A DNA stretch of 64,000 nt, from assembly GCA_964016885.1 (NCBI GenBank), contig OZ024742.1:92194001-92258000 (forward strand). The letters are read 5' to 3'. Shown here piece after piece: positions 1 to 14,975 of this stretch. The notes below the pieces were generated by a model. That model saw only the letters and a list, made by a program, of their open reading frames with translations, did no database searches and was not told where the DNA came from. A program made the position numbers and the translations under genes. The DNA is from Eledone cirrhosa (taxonomy: Eukaryota). Position 1 is the first letter of the stretch, and the number at the start of each line of letters is the position of its first letter.

Positions 1-45
1 ATGCATGTATATCATGTATGTATATAAATACACACACACACACAC

Positions 46-100
<55 letters not shown>

Positions 101-354
101 TATTGAAGTTTGCTTCAAGCATTGTGGAATAATAAGGTAAATTTCTTTAAGTCGTTTGGAAGCCTCGACAATGCAGATGGGTAAATCTCCGGGTAACAAG
201 ATCCGGTGGTGGAGAGAGATATGTAAGTGGGTGTACGTTGAGATGCGTGGCATGTATAAGACTGTAACGTGTAGAGGAATGAAGGAATGAGCGTAATAGA
301 TAAAAATAAAAATAACAACACGAGAAAGAGTTACCTTGGAAGAGATTTAATTGT

Positions 355-389
355 CCCTATATATTTCGGATTCACATCCATCAACTGGG
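355..389 (-). ncRNA. Variant minimal hammerhead-like motif in the pLTR (core CAGUUGA)
   Basis: Minus strand: cc CAGTTGA t ggat gtga atcc GAAA tata TA ggg. Two deviations from CUGANGA. Confidence 0.5.
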
Positions 390-794
390 TTTTTTTCGGG
401 GGGGGGGGGGTCTGTCGGAAAGGTGCGAAACGTGTCCTCCGCTGTTCGTTATTTTGAATATCTGAGGTATTCAGCAGAGCGCGCGTGCGCGTGAAATGGG
501 GTCGGTCAGGCAGAGGTCAGCGGCCGAAGTAGTTCTTTCAATTGTGGGAGTGGGGTGGTGCTAGCTGTCAGTCCATTCTCTGCCTGTTTGGTGAATGTTA
601 CTGTGTGTGTGTGTGTGTGTGCGTTGTTGTCTCGCTTGAGTGTGTGTGTGTGTGTGTGTGTGCGTGTGTTGTTGCCTTGTTCTTCTGTATTGACAGTGTA
701 GTATGCTCGTATGGTGGAATGCTACTGTGTGTGTGCGTGTGTTGCTGTCTCGCTTGTGTGTGTGCGTGCGTGTGTTGCTGCATAGTTTGTTAAC

Positions 795-2512
795 TTAAAC
801 CAACCACCTCATTTCGCTTCTCTCGGATCGGTTGTTTAATTGTGGCCCTAGGCGTTTGATCCAAAGTGCTTCCTTGATACGTAACGTGCCGACGTTTCTT
901 TCTGTTGCTAGAATTGTGACAATGGGCCTTCCGTCTTTGTTTCCGCATTTGGCTATGTGTTTCCGGAAAGACGAGGCCCTGGTTTTAGTGTGTTCCTTGA
1001 TCCGGATGTGCAACGGCCGGATTGTGCTACCTATATAGTATTGGTTGCACTTGTTACATTCTATCTTATACACGACGTATGTGCGTAGGCAACAGTTCGC
1101 ATGGCACATCGGGCAGTCTCTGAGGGAGCACGTGTCAGTTGATTTCCCGGGTTTCCTGGAGAGGCATCTTCGCAGGGAGGGGCCCGAGTGGGCCAGGTGG
1201 ATGTCGAGGCCCTCCCTCCGTATAGCCTTGCGGATAGCGTTGGTGGTATTCTCGCCCAGGTGTGGCATTTTAAGGAAGCACTTGCTCTGTCTCTTGTGTC
1301 TGGTGTCTGGTGTCTCCTATTTTGTCTGTGAGCGAGGTAGGGTACCCGTTCGTCTCCAACACCTCGAGGAATCGCTTGGTATGAGTGACACCACTCGCGG
1401 GATCGCTGCATCTGTTTTTGATTCGCGCGATCTCGTTCGTGATGTATCCTCTTTTGGCACTGTTAGGGAGGGCGACTTGTAGTGGACGAACAGGTCCCTG
1501 CAGGCTGCCTTTCGGTAGAAGTTGCAGTGGATCCCTCCCTGTTCCGTGATGTTGATTCGGAAGACGGGGAGGGCAAGTGACTCGTCGTCGTTGGGGTGTT
1601 CAACACTGAAGTCAATGTTCTCGTCCGTGTTGTTGAATGTCTCATAGATTCTGTTCGCCATGTCTTGGGAAGATGTGAGGATGAGGATATCGTCCACGTA
1701 TCTTGAGAAAAAGGCGACGGCGTTGGGGTGGCAGGCGTTGAGTACCTTGCGCTCGAAGCTGTCCATGTAAGAGATCGCTAGCACACTCGACAGGTTTGAT
1801 CCCATGGGCAGTCCCGAGGTTTGTTGGTATGTTTGGTCAAGGAATCCGAAGTAGGTGTTGTCGACGACAATGGCTAGGAGTTGGTGGATGTCAGTGGTCG
1901 TGAGCCCGAAGCAGTGTAGGTCGGTGGATTTGACGCGTTCCATCAGTATATTGACGGCCGGGAGTGCCGGGACCGAAGTGTAGAGAGCGACTACATCAAG
2001 GCTGAAGGCATATCTGTTATTCTTTCTGGTGTCCGGATCCATTTGATGCAGGCGCTTCAACACCTCCTCGGAGCTGTTAACGTGTCCCGCCAAGGTGTCT
2101 AAGATGGGTTTGAGTATTCTGGCTAGGAGCCATGAAATTTTGTAGAGTGGTCCTTTCACTCTCGATACAATGGGCCTGATCTTCAGGTCGGGTCCCTGTT
2201 TGTGTGTTTTCACGAGGTGGTAGAAGGCGGGTAGTCTGCTGTTCCTCGTGAGGAGGTTGTATATCAGCTTCTTCGGGAGCTTCCGCCGGTCGCAGATGTT
2301 GGTCCAGGCGGCGTTGATGTGCTCTTCTATCTGCGCGGGAGTGATTCCCGTGACCTTGGAGTAGAGGCTGTCATCGTCAAGGTGTTGGAGGGCCAGAGTG
2401 TCGTAGGCCTCTCTACTGATGACGCAGAATGCTTTTCCCTTGTCGGAGGGGAGGTAGATGAGGTTCTTCGATTTTAGGTTGGAGAGAGTGGTGAGTTGAG
2501 ATTTGGTGAGGT
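795..2512 (-). pseudogene. PLE reverse transcriptase and GIY-YIG endonuclease, frameshifted
   Basis: ORF 1317..2789 has LPSDKG, RPIVS, SLDVVALYTSVP, GLPMGS and FSRYVDD. ORF 795..1268 has a Cys linker (CSLRDCPMC) and VVYKIECNKC..YIGSTIRPLHIRIKEH. ORF sequence upstream of ~2512 is read-through into unrelated DNA. Confidence 0.9.
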
Positions 2513-2664
2513 TGTGTGTTGTGTGTGTGTTTTTACATATATATATATATACATAATCGGATACAAGAGAATAGAGTAACGTAATTAATTCGAAGTGAGA
2601 TGAGATATGTAGTAAAAGATAACCTCTTTTTTTTTTATTGAAAGTCGATACAGTGGACACATGA

Positions 2665-3010
2665 TGACAAATGAAACAAAACAGAACAACGTAATGTTTT
2701 ACCTGGTGTATTTTAGCATGATATTTCGGGGCTAAAACCAACTCTTCAGATGCGAAGCTGAAGCAGTCCAATACTAAACAAATGAGCAATCAGAGTTTTC
2801 AGAGTTTTCTTCCCAAACTGGTCTATGTGTTTGCAAAACACATGCGCATGCACGTGGTTACTCAATAACCATTCTGCCTCATGCATTTCTGACATTTTGT
2901 TTTGTCTTGGAACGTTTCAGCTTTGCATCCGAAAAGAGGGTAATAGCCCTGAAATATGTTAAAATACAGCAGGTAAAATACTAATTTGCTTTGTTTCGTT
3001 TCATTTATCA
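2665..3010. mobile_element. Diverged fold-back element with a hammerhead
   Basis: ~2690-2790 is an imperfect inverted copy of ~2895-3005. Minus-strand HHR at 2716-2753: gcat CTGAAGA gttggttttagcccc GAAA ta TC atgc. A degenerate plus-strand counterpart lies at ~2925-2960. Confidence 0.65.
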
Positions 3011-3078
3011 TCAACTGCAGTTCGTAATTTTGAACCACATTGTACGGTTTTAAAAAAAGTAATTATCGGTCTTTCACT

Positions 3079-3109
<31 letters not shown>

Positions 3110-3110
3110 C

Positions 3111-3203
<93 letters not shown>

Positions 3204-4794
3204 AAAAGACGATAATTATTGTAGCTTATATATATATATATGTTTTTATTTATATTTTACTGTATTTATTGCTTTGTGTCTTAACTTGTCAGTGTGTATG
3301 CAATAATTATTTATATGAAAGTGCGTGTGTGTGTGTGTGCATGTCTGAGTCTGTGTTGGTCTATGTACGTGTGTTTGTGAAGTATTTGTGTTTGTTTTTG
3401 TGTCTGTGTTTGAATTGTTTGAATGTTCGTGCCTTTACGTGTTAACATGTATTTGTGTTTGTTTTATGACACGAATGTAAAGTGAACAATGGAATAAAAG
3501 GATTTTGTATTACTATAGTGCACCATCAATGGTCATGAAGGGGAAAAACGGGTAACACTTTGTTTTTAATGTCGCCCTTGTCTGCCTTTGCTGGTGATTT
3601 CACGGAAGCTTACATAATTTAATGCCAGTATTATAAATGAGTCGGTTTCCCGGCACGTGATTCAACATCCGCGTGATAAATTAACCGCTTTATAAATGAG
3701 GATAGATGTTTTTAGTACATACACAAGATTCTAGTTAATACCGTCTTAAATGTATGTATGTATGCATGTATGTATGCATGTATGTATGTGTGTATGTATG
3801 TGTGGATATACGTGTGTATGTATGTGTGGATATATGTGTGCATATATGAATGTATGTGCGTACATATGTATGTGTGTGTATGTATGTATGTGTGTGTATA
3901 TGTATGTGTGTGTATGTATGTATGCATGTGTCTGTATGTATGCATATATGTGTGCGTGTGTATGTATGTATGTTTGTATATATGTATGTATGTGTATATG
4001 TATGCTATCTTAATGGACACAGCATGAATGAATGGTTACGAAACACATTTCGCAATCATAAGTTTCCTGGTTTGGGCCCCTTCTGCGATATCTTGTGCAA
4101 ATGTCATTTATCATAGACTCGGGTTAACCTAAACCTTGTGAATGTAATTGGGTAGATGAAACCAGATTAGAAGCCTGGCAGCTCGGCTGCACTAATAATT
4201 CGAAGGACCAACCTTCTTTTACATTGTGTCACGCTGAATCTCCCTAACGATTACATGAAAAGCACGTGTGACTGTGGAATGATCAATCACTTCCACGTTC
4301 ATTTCATGAGCAAGGTGTGCTGCTTATCGGACAACTGAAATCGGCGGAGATCCATTCCATTCCATCTTTCTTTTTAAATTATTTAAATTATCTTGTCAAA
4401 TAGGAATTAGTTAACAAATAGGAATTAGTTAACAAAGAACAAAGTACCATCGTTGGAATTTATATAGCAAAGAGCTGCATGTGGGAGTTGCTGCATATTT
4501 TTGCTGTTCCGCTTACAGATTGTATTTCCAAAGTACTTAGTTGTTGATAACTTTCTTTGCTTGAAAAACAAATGTCTTTTGAAGATTATAAGATTATCAT
4601 TTAGGCTCACCTCTTACATGATTGACTATATGTTTGTACCTACAAGGTTCCTTTCCGAGACGCAATCCTGGGAAATGTGTTTTGTGGAAGACCAACAGTC
4701 GCCGATGATTGCCTGTCTTTCTTCATTATGACACGACAAAAGCAGGCAAAACGTGCCACCACTGTGGTCGTCACTCGTTTTTCTAGGTGTATAA

Positions 4795-4910
4795 ACAGAG
4801 GAAACAGGAACTAAAGTGTCTTGGTCAAGGTCACAACGCGCTGCCCGGCCTGGAATCAAAATCTCAGCCACACAATAGTGCACCCAAACCCCTAACCACT
4901 AACCCATGCC
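4795..4910 (-). mobile_element. tRNA-derived SINE fragment
   Basis: Minus strand reads tgggttagtggttaggg...gattccaggccgggc...tgtgaccttgaccaagacactt (A/B-box-like head). Related pieces at ~47730-47830 and ~53760-53880. Confidence 0.5.
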
Positions 4911-6132
4911 CCTTGACAACATAGCAAGGTGCACCAATAATTACAAATACATTTTGACCTTTAAATTTCTACAAACTCCAAACAGCACGGCCATTGGTAG
5001 TTCCTAATGTTCTGTCTTCTCCATCTAGAATAAGATCATTGTACAGTAACTGTGTGGATTCAAGAGGACACAACTCTTCAATATACTCCCTAAAAATGTA
5101 AGAAAAAGGATTTGAACATGGTGTTGTGCATCATTCCCGATGAGGCAATATTGCAGTAAAACACTCAAATTAGGGTTGCAGCATTGTACTTGCACATTCA
5201 TTAATTACTGAACGCATGACTTGAGGAGAGATCATAGCGGCGCCTTAGCTTGGCCGTAGTCAAAGGTCTGAGACCAGTTAAAGAGTAAACGAGTGTGTAT
5301 ATGATGAATTCATGACCTGTGAGGAGAAACTATAAGTTTCGAAGCTGGTGTTCATAAATCTCTTTCCACTGATTTTGCAAGAAATATTCACTTCTGCAGG
5401 CTGTAAATTAGCAGAGTCGGAAGAACGCCAAACAGAATATATAGCGTTATTCGTTCTGGCTCTTTTCACAATACGTTCAAATTTCGACAGGGCGAACATT
5501 TCCTTTTGTCCTTTTTGCACTATTCAATAGACATTTAAATGTAGGTTTGAGAACTACTAAGGGTGGAGACGTGTGTGAGTAAACTTGTCTTATACATCCC
5601 CTTTCTTTATTTATTTCTTCCATTCACTTCTATGTGCCAACTCACTTCTCCTTGTCTTCCTCCTCTTTCAATCTTTTCTATATTTCATCTGCCTGTCACT
5701 CCCCTTGTGAATTAACTCTCTGTTGAACACTGGCCGCTGGTCTCAGTCCTCTCCATCGCTCTCTTTGGCACCATTTATCTTTTTTAACGGCTGTTCTAGC
5801 GATGAGTTTATTCGTATATATATATATATATATATATATACATACACACACATATATATATATTTCGTTTCTGAATTCGAACATGACCCTCCCAAAGTAT
5901 AACAATATATATATATAAATATATATAAAATCTTTTCCTGAGTCCAACCATTCTCGTTGCTGTGGTAATGCGGCTGGACTGCCGATCGCTATATTTGATT
6001 TGGTAAGCTGTCTAAACGTATTGTTATTACTCTGGGGTACTATTCCCATTCGAGTGCTAGAGCTACATACCGAATTTGCATTCGTTAGCTTGGCCGCTAA
6101 CTAAAGCTTCGTTAATGATGTACTATAATTTG

Positions 6133-7220
<1,088 letters not shown>

Positions 7221-7241
7221 ATATATATATATATATATAAA

Positions 7242-7384
<143 letters not shown>

Positions 7385-8205
7385 TATATATATATATATA
7401 TATATGAGTGTGTTGTGTGTGCGTGTGTGTGTGTGTGTGTGGAGAGGTCACTACAGCACCTTCAGAAGTTACGGGTCCATACATACATTCACATTTGAAG
7501 TGCAATTGACCTCTATAACTGTACACATTTATTTCTTTTTGCCCCAGACAATTATATCATGTCGGCTATGAATGTAATTAGTAGATATTTGGATGGAAAC
7601 GTTCCACCATCATTCCTTCTGTTATTATGAACGAGTCTATTCAGCATCACAAGAATTGTCTATATTTATTCCAGGGCACTCTTTCGTATAGATTGTGTTA
7701 GCCAAAACATATGTATATATATATAACTATCTGTGCACGTATCTATCTATATATCTATCTATATATCTAAATGTGTATGTAGGTATGTGCCATGCATATA
7801 TGTATGTATGTAACAATGGTACTGATTTATCTACCTAACCACCACCTCCTCCTCCTCCACTGCTAACAACAACAACAAGAACATTTGTATTTCCTTTAGC
7901 GACACCAGTGATATGTAGGATTCTTTATCTCAACAACGCTTCATTTCTCTATCTATCTCCCAACACCACTCGTTCGTTTCTTCATTCCACTTTCGTCTAT
8001 CTGTAAAATTTCGTCTATCATTTTTTTTCTCTTCTCGCATAATCAGAAAGCTGTTTTTGTTTGCACGTCTCAACACTTTTATGTGCCGTAGGCAATTTCG
8101 AGGAAGCTTTTTGTTATCGTGAAGATCAGAAATGTTCGATTTCTCACAGACAAGCCAGTATAAAAGAAAGAAAGTATTAATAAAATCCCTACTCTTTATA
8201 TATAC

Positions 8206-8247
<42 letters not shown>

Positions 8248-8329
8248 TATATAAAGAAAGAAATGATAAATGTGACGGGAATTTAATACATGTTCTGTGG
8301 TTTTTTAATGGGTAACAACACACACACAC

Positions 8330-8381
<52 letters not shown>

Positions 8382-8527
8382 GCACACACACACATATGTA
8401 TGTATGTATACACATGTATGTATGTGTGTATGTATGTATACACATGTATCTATGTGGATGTATGTATGTGTGTATGCATAGTACATATATATATGTATTT
8501 TTGTTTGCATGTATGTATATATATATG

Positions 8528-8654
<127 letters not shown>

Positions 8655-8861
8655 AGATTTGTAGAAGTCATTTCCATATCTATATATATATATATATATG
8701 ATAAAGATGCGTATACTGTACCTTTTTTTAGTACCTTTTTAAACTTTGGTTACCCCCGATATAACTCGGAATATACATATTATATATATATAATATGTAT
8801 ATTCCGAGATATATTATGTGTGTATATATATATATATATATATTACTGCTTCCCCTTTTCT

Positions 8862-9395
8862 CTGTATCTCTCACTTCCTTTTACCCCCTCTACCCGTCAC
8901 TTTCTCTGTTAGCCTCTTCCTCACACTTTCACTCACTCTCTGCTACTCCCTCTCCTACTTCCTCCCGTTTGACCTGTGCGAGATTCTCTCCTCACTCACA
9001 CTTCGACCAGGTCGGATGGTCTTTATTCTCTCTCGTCTACGATTTCACATAACTTATGTTCATCGATTTCAGGGACTTGACTCCTTCTTCCTCCCGTTTG
9101 ACCTGTGCGAAATTCTTTCCTTACTCACATTTCGACCAGGTTTGATGGTCTTTATTCTCACTCGTCCACGATTTCACAGAACTTATGTTCATCGATTTCA
9201 GGGACTTGACTCCTTCTTCCTCACTTTTTGTTGCATTACCATCGTTGTTTGTTTACTGTCTCGCTCGTTCCCCCTATTTACGTGTCCCGACTTTATTTAG
9301 CCGTTGCTCGCACCAACCAGATGTATATGGTCTTCAAAGCGATGAAATACCAATGAAGGTTGGAAGATCACTGATGAAGGACTAAATTTATTCAT
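8862..9395 (+). mobile_element. TA-embedded non-coding repeat with an internal ~130-bp tandem duplication
   Basis: ~8958-9087 is repeated at ~9088-9220. The homolog at 52366-52800 is arranged as a minus part plus a plus part. Confidence 0.7.
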
Positions 9396-9832
9396 ATATA
9401 TATACATATAAATATATATTGAGTATATGTTGGTTGTTTACCGACACCTCAGTATGCAGATTGGAGCACATACGAGGTACGCAGGTTGGTTTGTTTACTC
9501 CGGAGTAATGTAAAATAATTAAGTCAAATATGTAAAATTTGGCATCGTTTATTATAAATTATAGATATACTACTATATACTGTATATTTTGGTGACAGCT
9601 ATCATTGGCTGTGACCGCTTCAGGCAGTCCGAATTGGTATGGGAAAGACAGGTACACATGTTGTTGAAGTGTGTTTTACTCCGTCAATACATCGATATGT
9701 CCAACTCCTGGCTGTGTTGTTATTCTTCTGAGGAACTGGAATCATAGGTTATAGCAGTATATCTATAATTTATAATAAACGAAGCCTTTGACTTATATAT
9801 ATATATATATAATTCTAAGGACATGATTTATG

Positions 9833-9859
<27 letters not shown>

Positions 9860-9863
<4 letters not shown>

Positions 9864-10335
9864 CAAAATTAAATTAAGCGAGTCATGTCCGAGATATGTG
9901 CCATTAATCCGTAAACTCACAGTAGTCAAAACCCGAATTTTCAACAAGGGAGAAGATTTAACTATCTGTGTTTACACATCAAAAGCAAATCTGCGAATGA
10001 CCCGTCGCACGTGTTGCATTTTTAAAAAACTACATACATCGTACCAGCGTCATCCCAGTGGCGTGAACAGGATTACCGACAGCTAGAAATAGCAGCGGAG
10101 TCCTTTCAACTGAGTTAAGTCTACAATTAAGTGGCCGTATATATATCCAAAATTAAACTAAAGGAGTCATGTGCGAGACATGCGCTATATCCACCGTAGA
10201 ATAAGCTCAAAGATTCCAATGAATATATCCGAGCATTTTATATCAACTCGAAATTGATTGACATATATATATATCTAAAATAAACACATGAAACAATCAC
10301 AGGGGAAAATTTGTAAAGTGTGTAAGCACACACAT
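9860..10335. mobile_element. TA-embedded partial-tandem repeat element
   Basis: tccaaaattaaa...gagtcatgt.cgaga occurs at 9862 and 10146. The homologous family is at 42657-43300. Confidence 0.65.
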
Positions 10336-10571
10336 TAGAACTTCAGAATAAATGACACCGACAGTCTCGGGTCTATGCTCAAATCCCGCCGAGGTCAACT
10401 TTACTTTTTATCATTTCACAGTTAGTACCCGTCCAGGGTTAGTGAATTCTGCAGAATTTATATAGGCGGACAAGATGCTTTGCGGTACCTGATCCGACTC
10501 TGGTCGTTTTGAGATCAAATACTACTTCTTTCTGGCACGAGTTGCTACCGACAGATAGTAATAGGAAATGA

Positions 10572-10620
<49 letters not shown>

Positions 10621-10927
10621 TGTGTTCCCACGTGTAAAAATATATATAGGGATACAAGTATTATCCAACCGTATGCCAATGTGGTTCTATGGCGGGTTAA
10701 TAAATTAACAAGCCAGAACATATAAAATCCAGGTCTAGCAAATAGAGAAAAAGTTTTTAAATAAATTTTAACTTGAATTTGTTAATTTTAAATTGACCTG
10801 TCCACCCTGCCTTCTGTCTTTGCACACGGCACTAGACAAAATTGTCTCTTTCATCATTCACAACAGTTTTGTATGGCCTCAGTTTGCGATTTAAACTCGG
10901 GAATTTTATATTCTCCGAGCGAGAAGA

Positions 10928-11009
10928 GCCTTCTGAAGAGAGTTCCCTTCTCAATGGAAATCCGATTGGATTATCCGTTTATTCTGGGACTTGAAACCGC
11001 GGTAAAGGC
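10928..11009 (+). ncRNA. Type I hammerhead ribozyme with expanded stem II
   Basis: gcctt CTGAAGA g agttccc...gggact t GAAA ccgcgg TA aaggc. Stem I has 5 bp and stem III is palindromic. Confidence 0.85.
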
Positions 11010-11412
11010 ACATATAGTAAGTACAGCGAATTTTTTAAAATTTATTTAAAAACTATTTCTCTATTTGCTAGACCTGGATTTTATATGTTCTGGCTTGTTA
11101 ATTTATTAACCCGCTATAGAACCACATTGGCATACGGTTGGATAATACTTGTATCCCTATATGTATTTTTTACACGTAGGAACACATACTTTATTATTAT
11201 TAATCTCCCCTAAGGTTGAGATAACACTTGGTCGTTTGTACTACTGCTATTTCTAGTGGCAGGACATTGACCCGTCCACCCTGTCTTCTGTTTTTGCACA
11301 CCGCACTAGACAAAATTGTCTCTTTCATCATTCACTCTCATCTGGGAACAGTTTTGTATGGCGTCAGTTTGTGATTTAAACTCTGGAATTTTATATTCTC
11401 CGAGCGAGAAGA

Positions 11413-11494
11413 GCCTTCTGAAGAGAATTCCTTTCTCAATGAAAATCCGCTTGGATTATCCGTTTATTGTGGGACTTGAAACCGCGGTAAATGC
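11413..11494 (+). ncRNA. Second copy of the expanded-stem-II hammerhead
   Basis: gcctt CTGAAGA ... GAAA ccgcgg TA aatgc, with one stem I mismatch. Confidence 0.75.
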
Positions 11495-11561
11495 GCATAT
11501 AGTAAGTACAGCGAATTTTTTAAAATTTATTTTAAAACTTTTTCTCTATTTGATAGACCTG

Positions 11562-11597
<36 letters not shown>

Positions 11598-11602
<5 letters not shown>

Positions 11603-11940
11603 TATTGAAGTTTGCTTGAAGCATTGTGGAATAATACGATATATTTTCTTTGGGTCGTTTTGGAAGCCTGAACAATGCAGATGGGTAATTCTCCGGGTAA
11701 CAAGATCCGGTGGTGAAAAGAGAGATGTAAGTGAATGTAGAATGATATGTATAGTGTGTAGAATAACGTAGGAAAGAGCGTAAAAAATAAAAATAATAAC
11801 ACGAGATAGAGTTACCTTGGGATAGATTTAATTGTCCCTATATTTCGGATTCACATCCATCAACTGGGGGGTTTTCGGGGGCGGGAGATTATCTGTCGGA
11901 TAGGGGCGATGCGTGTCCTCCTCTGTTCGTTGTTTTGAAT
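11598..11940 (-). mobile_element. Solo pLTR of the copy-1 PLE family with the CAGUUGA hammerhead-like motif (11836-11869)
   Basis: Aligns by eye with 97-460 and is flanked by (TA)n. Confidence 0.8.
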
Positions 11941-11946
11941 ATATAT

Positions 11947-11986
<40 letters not shown>

Positions 11987-12096
11987 TCCTCAAACGGTGC
12001 CTGAATAACATCATCTCAAAAACTATCAAAAACCTGCACCTACCAACATGCTTCAAATCACCAGGCCTCAAATGATCACTTAGCTACATACAAAAA

Positions 12097-14448
12097 TTGT
12101 GCCTAAGAAAACTCATACAACACCTACACCGCACGCTACAACAACACATACGGACAATTTCCAGCCTTGTACCACAACTCGCTGAAACCCCAGAACCTCT
12201 TCTCAGAGTAATTTCCGCCGCTGTAGACAGGTCCTACCACCATCGCCGAGATTACGAGAAAATACGCCTAAAGCAAAAATTTCTCAAAATCAGCACGGCT
12301 GACCGTCCTAACAACAACCCAACTCTAAGCACCAACAGAGGCGAACAAGACGGTACCAACATCGAACCTAGCGGCGCCCCGACCAACAACACACCTGACG
12401 CAAAACACCTCGTCACAGACTTGACAGTATCCCTCTCCCGAGATGAACTAGACCTCCTCAGCCTGGGTCCCAAGTTCATATTGAAACAGAGACTGGAGGA
12501 CAAATTATGGCTCGACATAGAAACGAATTTCTGTCGGGCCGCCAACCAACTAAAATGGATATCGACTCTCGGCAACAACACCACGGAATCTAATACAATC
12601 AGATTCCCGATATACCAACTGGACCGCCCACTCTGTCCACCGCCTGCCAACTGCGAGCTGGAAGAAAAACTCTCGAGGCTAAAACATTCTGTATTTAATA
12701 TCTTACGGAAACTGAAAAAGATAGCCTCAAACCTCTCCAGGACGCAACAACTCGCCCTGAAGAACCTGCGGAATAGGGAACTCATATACTTACCATCCGA
12801 CAAAGGTAAAGAGTTTGTGTCATCTCTCAAGCCACATACAACAACCTAGCCTTTGAACACTTAAGCGACAACGAACTGTATACAGATGTCCCGCACATAA
12901 CTGCAGCCCAGATCGAAAAACAGGCCAACTCCATCTGGTCCGACATATGTAGTAGAAGACAACTCCCAAATAAATTTAAATTCAATTGCACCACTAAAAA
13001 TAGCAGACTGCCCACTTTCTATCACCTCATCAAGACGCAAAAGAATAGTACTAAGACACAAATAAGACCCATCGTCTCTAGCATAGAAAGACCCCTATAC
13101 AAAATCTCCTGGCTCCTCTCCCAAGTCTTCAAGCCTCTACTCTCTACCTTTCCCGGGCATGTCAGTAGCTCCAACGAGGTCATACGTAGACTACACCAAC
13201 TCCAGCCAGAACAACTTAAATTAAATTGATACGCCTTTAGCCTCGACGTTGTCTCCCTCTATACTACAGTCCACGCTCATCCAGCTGTCGATTTATTGAC
13301 GGACTGCGTGGTCGCAGAAGACGTCCACTGCTACGGCCTCCATCCGACGAACATTCACCAGCTTTTGTCCTTAACAATGGACAACACGTACTTCACCTTC
13401 CACTACCACACATACAGACAGACAACAGGATTACCCATGGGATCCAGCCTATCGGGCCTGCTGGCCATCACTTATATGAACCAGCTGGAATGCCGAGCCC
13501 ACAACACCTGACATTCCTATACCTTCTTCACCCGATATGTAGATGACATACTCATCCTTAGATCATCCCGTGAAGAAGCGGATAAAATATACATGACATT
13601 CTCTAGCATGGACGCCAATATAAAGTTCAGCATGGAACACCCTGATGACCGTGGATCCCTATCCCTATTGGACTTCCAACTCAGGTTAACAGAGGAAGGC
13701 GACATCCACACCTGCTTCTATAAAAAAAAAGTCGCCAGCAGGGACCTGTTCGTACAATTCAGATCAGTCCTCCCAGTCAGCGCTAAGTTCGGATACATAA
13801 GGAACGAACTACACGTATCCAGAACAAATGCACCGACGCAAGAGACCGGGACACACACACCACACATTTCCTGGAAGTACTTAAACTGAACGCATACCCG
13901 ACGTCCACCGCGAACCGTACCCGAAACACAGAGGACACCACACCCGAGGCACTAACACCTGCTTCCTGAAGCTCCCCCACTTCAGTGACGAAACAACAAC
14001 AGCCATCCGCAGAGCTATCAGACGAGAGGGAGTAGATATCCAGCTAGCCCACTCAGGACCTTCTCTACGCGGACGGCTAATCAAAAGACACTCTACCAGA
14101 CACGACAGCCGCTGCAGGCTAGCCAACTGCCCCATCGACAACACAGACCTCTGCCACCAGGCTTACGTCGTATACAGATTAGAGTGCATGCGACAAATGC
14201 AGCAATTTCTACATAGGTAGCACCACCAGACCACTTCACATAAGAATAAAAGAACACCTCAACATTAACGCTTCCTCATTTAAGAAACACCTAGTGAAAT
14301 GCAAAAGCACCGACAAAACATAATAGTTAGGTTAGAAGCTAAGGAAAGAATCCTCGGCAATCTTAGAATTAAAGGAGCACTAATTATAGACAAAACATTC
14401 CAACCAATCAATAACAGACTAGAACTCAACACCCAATTTTTAGCATGA
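12097..14448 (+). pseudogene. PLE RT and GIY-YIG ORF with multiple stops and frameshifts
   Basis: ORF fragments 12097..12849, 13296..13511 and 13593..13889, plus motifs readable in the DNA between them. Confidence 0.85.
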
Positions 14449-14830
14449 TAGAGCACGTAGCCCCACACTTACACCTCCACGCACCATCTCACACACACAC
14501 ACACACGCGCGCGTTTACACCTTCCCTTATTCTCTCTCACACACACACATACAAACACAGATCAGTTTTAACATTATACAGCATCTAGCCCCCACATTTA
14601 CATATAAACATATCTTCTCACATTCACACACACACACGCACATGCTTACACCTTCACGTATTCTCCCACACACACTTAGATATATATGTCCAAACCATTT
14701 TAAAGGGAGACAACCCCTTTATCCACCTAACCCCCACTCTTTGACATTAGAAACAGAATGGAATTTCTATACTATTTCCTGTCAGCATGACTTGGCAAGC
14801 TAATTAGAACACTGGATTAACCTCTTTACT

Positions 14831-14868
14831 TCCCTCCGAAGAAGAGATATTATCTCGAAAATTAAGGA
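14831..14868 (+). ncRNA. Minimal hammerhead variant in the 3' pLTR of PLE copy 2
   Basis: tccct CCGAAGA a gagat att atctc GAAA at TA agga (U4C, palindromic stem III). Confidence 0.65.
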
Positions 14869-14975
14869 TATTCAAATAAATTTAAGGTAAAAAACTAATT
14901 GTCAGCAATATCTTTTGCATTTGTATTTATATTCTATATCCATACCTTCATTGTTCTGACCTTCTAGCTCCAAAC

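Larger units (their letters stand above)
97..2512 (-). mobile_element. Penelope-like retroelement copy 1, 5'-truncated, with 3' UTR and pseudo-LTR (pLTR) end
   Basis: RT and GIY-YIG coding remnants at 795-2512, then a CA-rich UTR and a terminal segment (97-~470) that recurs at 11598-11940. Both ends abut microsatellite tracts. Confidence 0.9.
10617..11570 (+). mobile_element. Retrozyme-like element: inverted part plus ~1.6 tandem ~485-bp monomers
   Basis: 10617-10771 is inverted to 11033-11190. 10792-11085 is repeated at 11266-11570. (TA)n lies on both sides. Confidence 0.85.

Noticed and set aside
405-442. Possible antisense hammerhead (ctgtcgga...gaaacgtgtc)
   Set aside because: The core is degenerate, there is no stem II, and GAAA is not kept in the 11890 copy.
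2513-2789. N-terminal part of the 490-aa ORF
   Set aside because: It crosses a microsatellite into an unrelated fold-back element, so it is chance read-through.
9330-9390. CTGATGA near the 3' end (also ~52772) as a hammerhead
   Set aside because: I could not build consistent stems with a GAAA partner in both copies.
13225-13232. In-frame TGA in PLE copy 2 as selenocysteine
   Set aside because: It aligns with Arg in copy 1, consistent with CGA>TGA decay, and the ORF has many other disablements.
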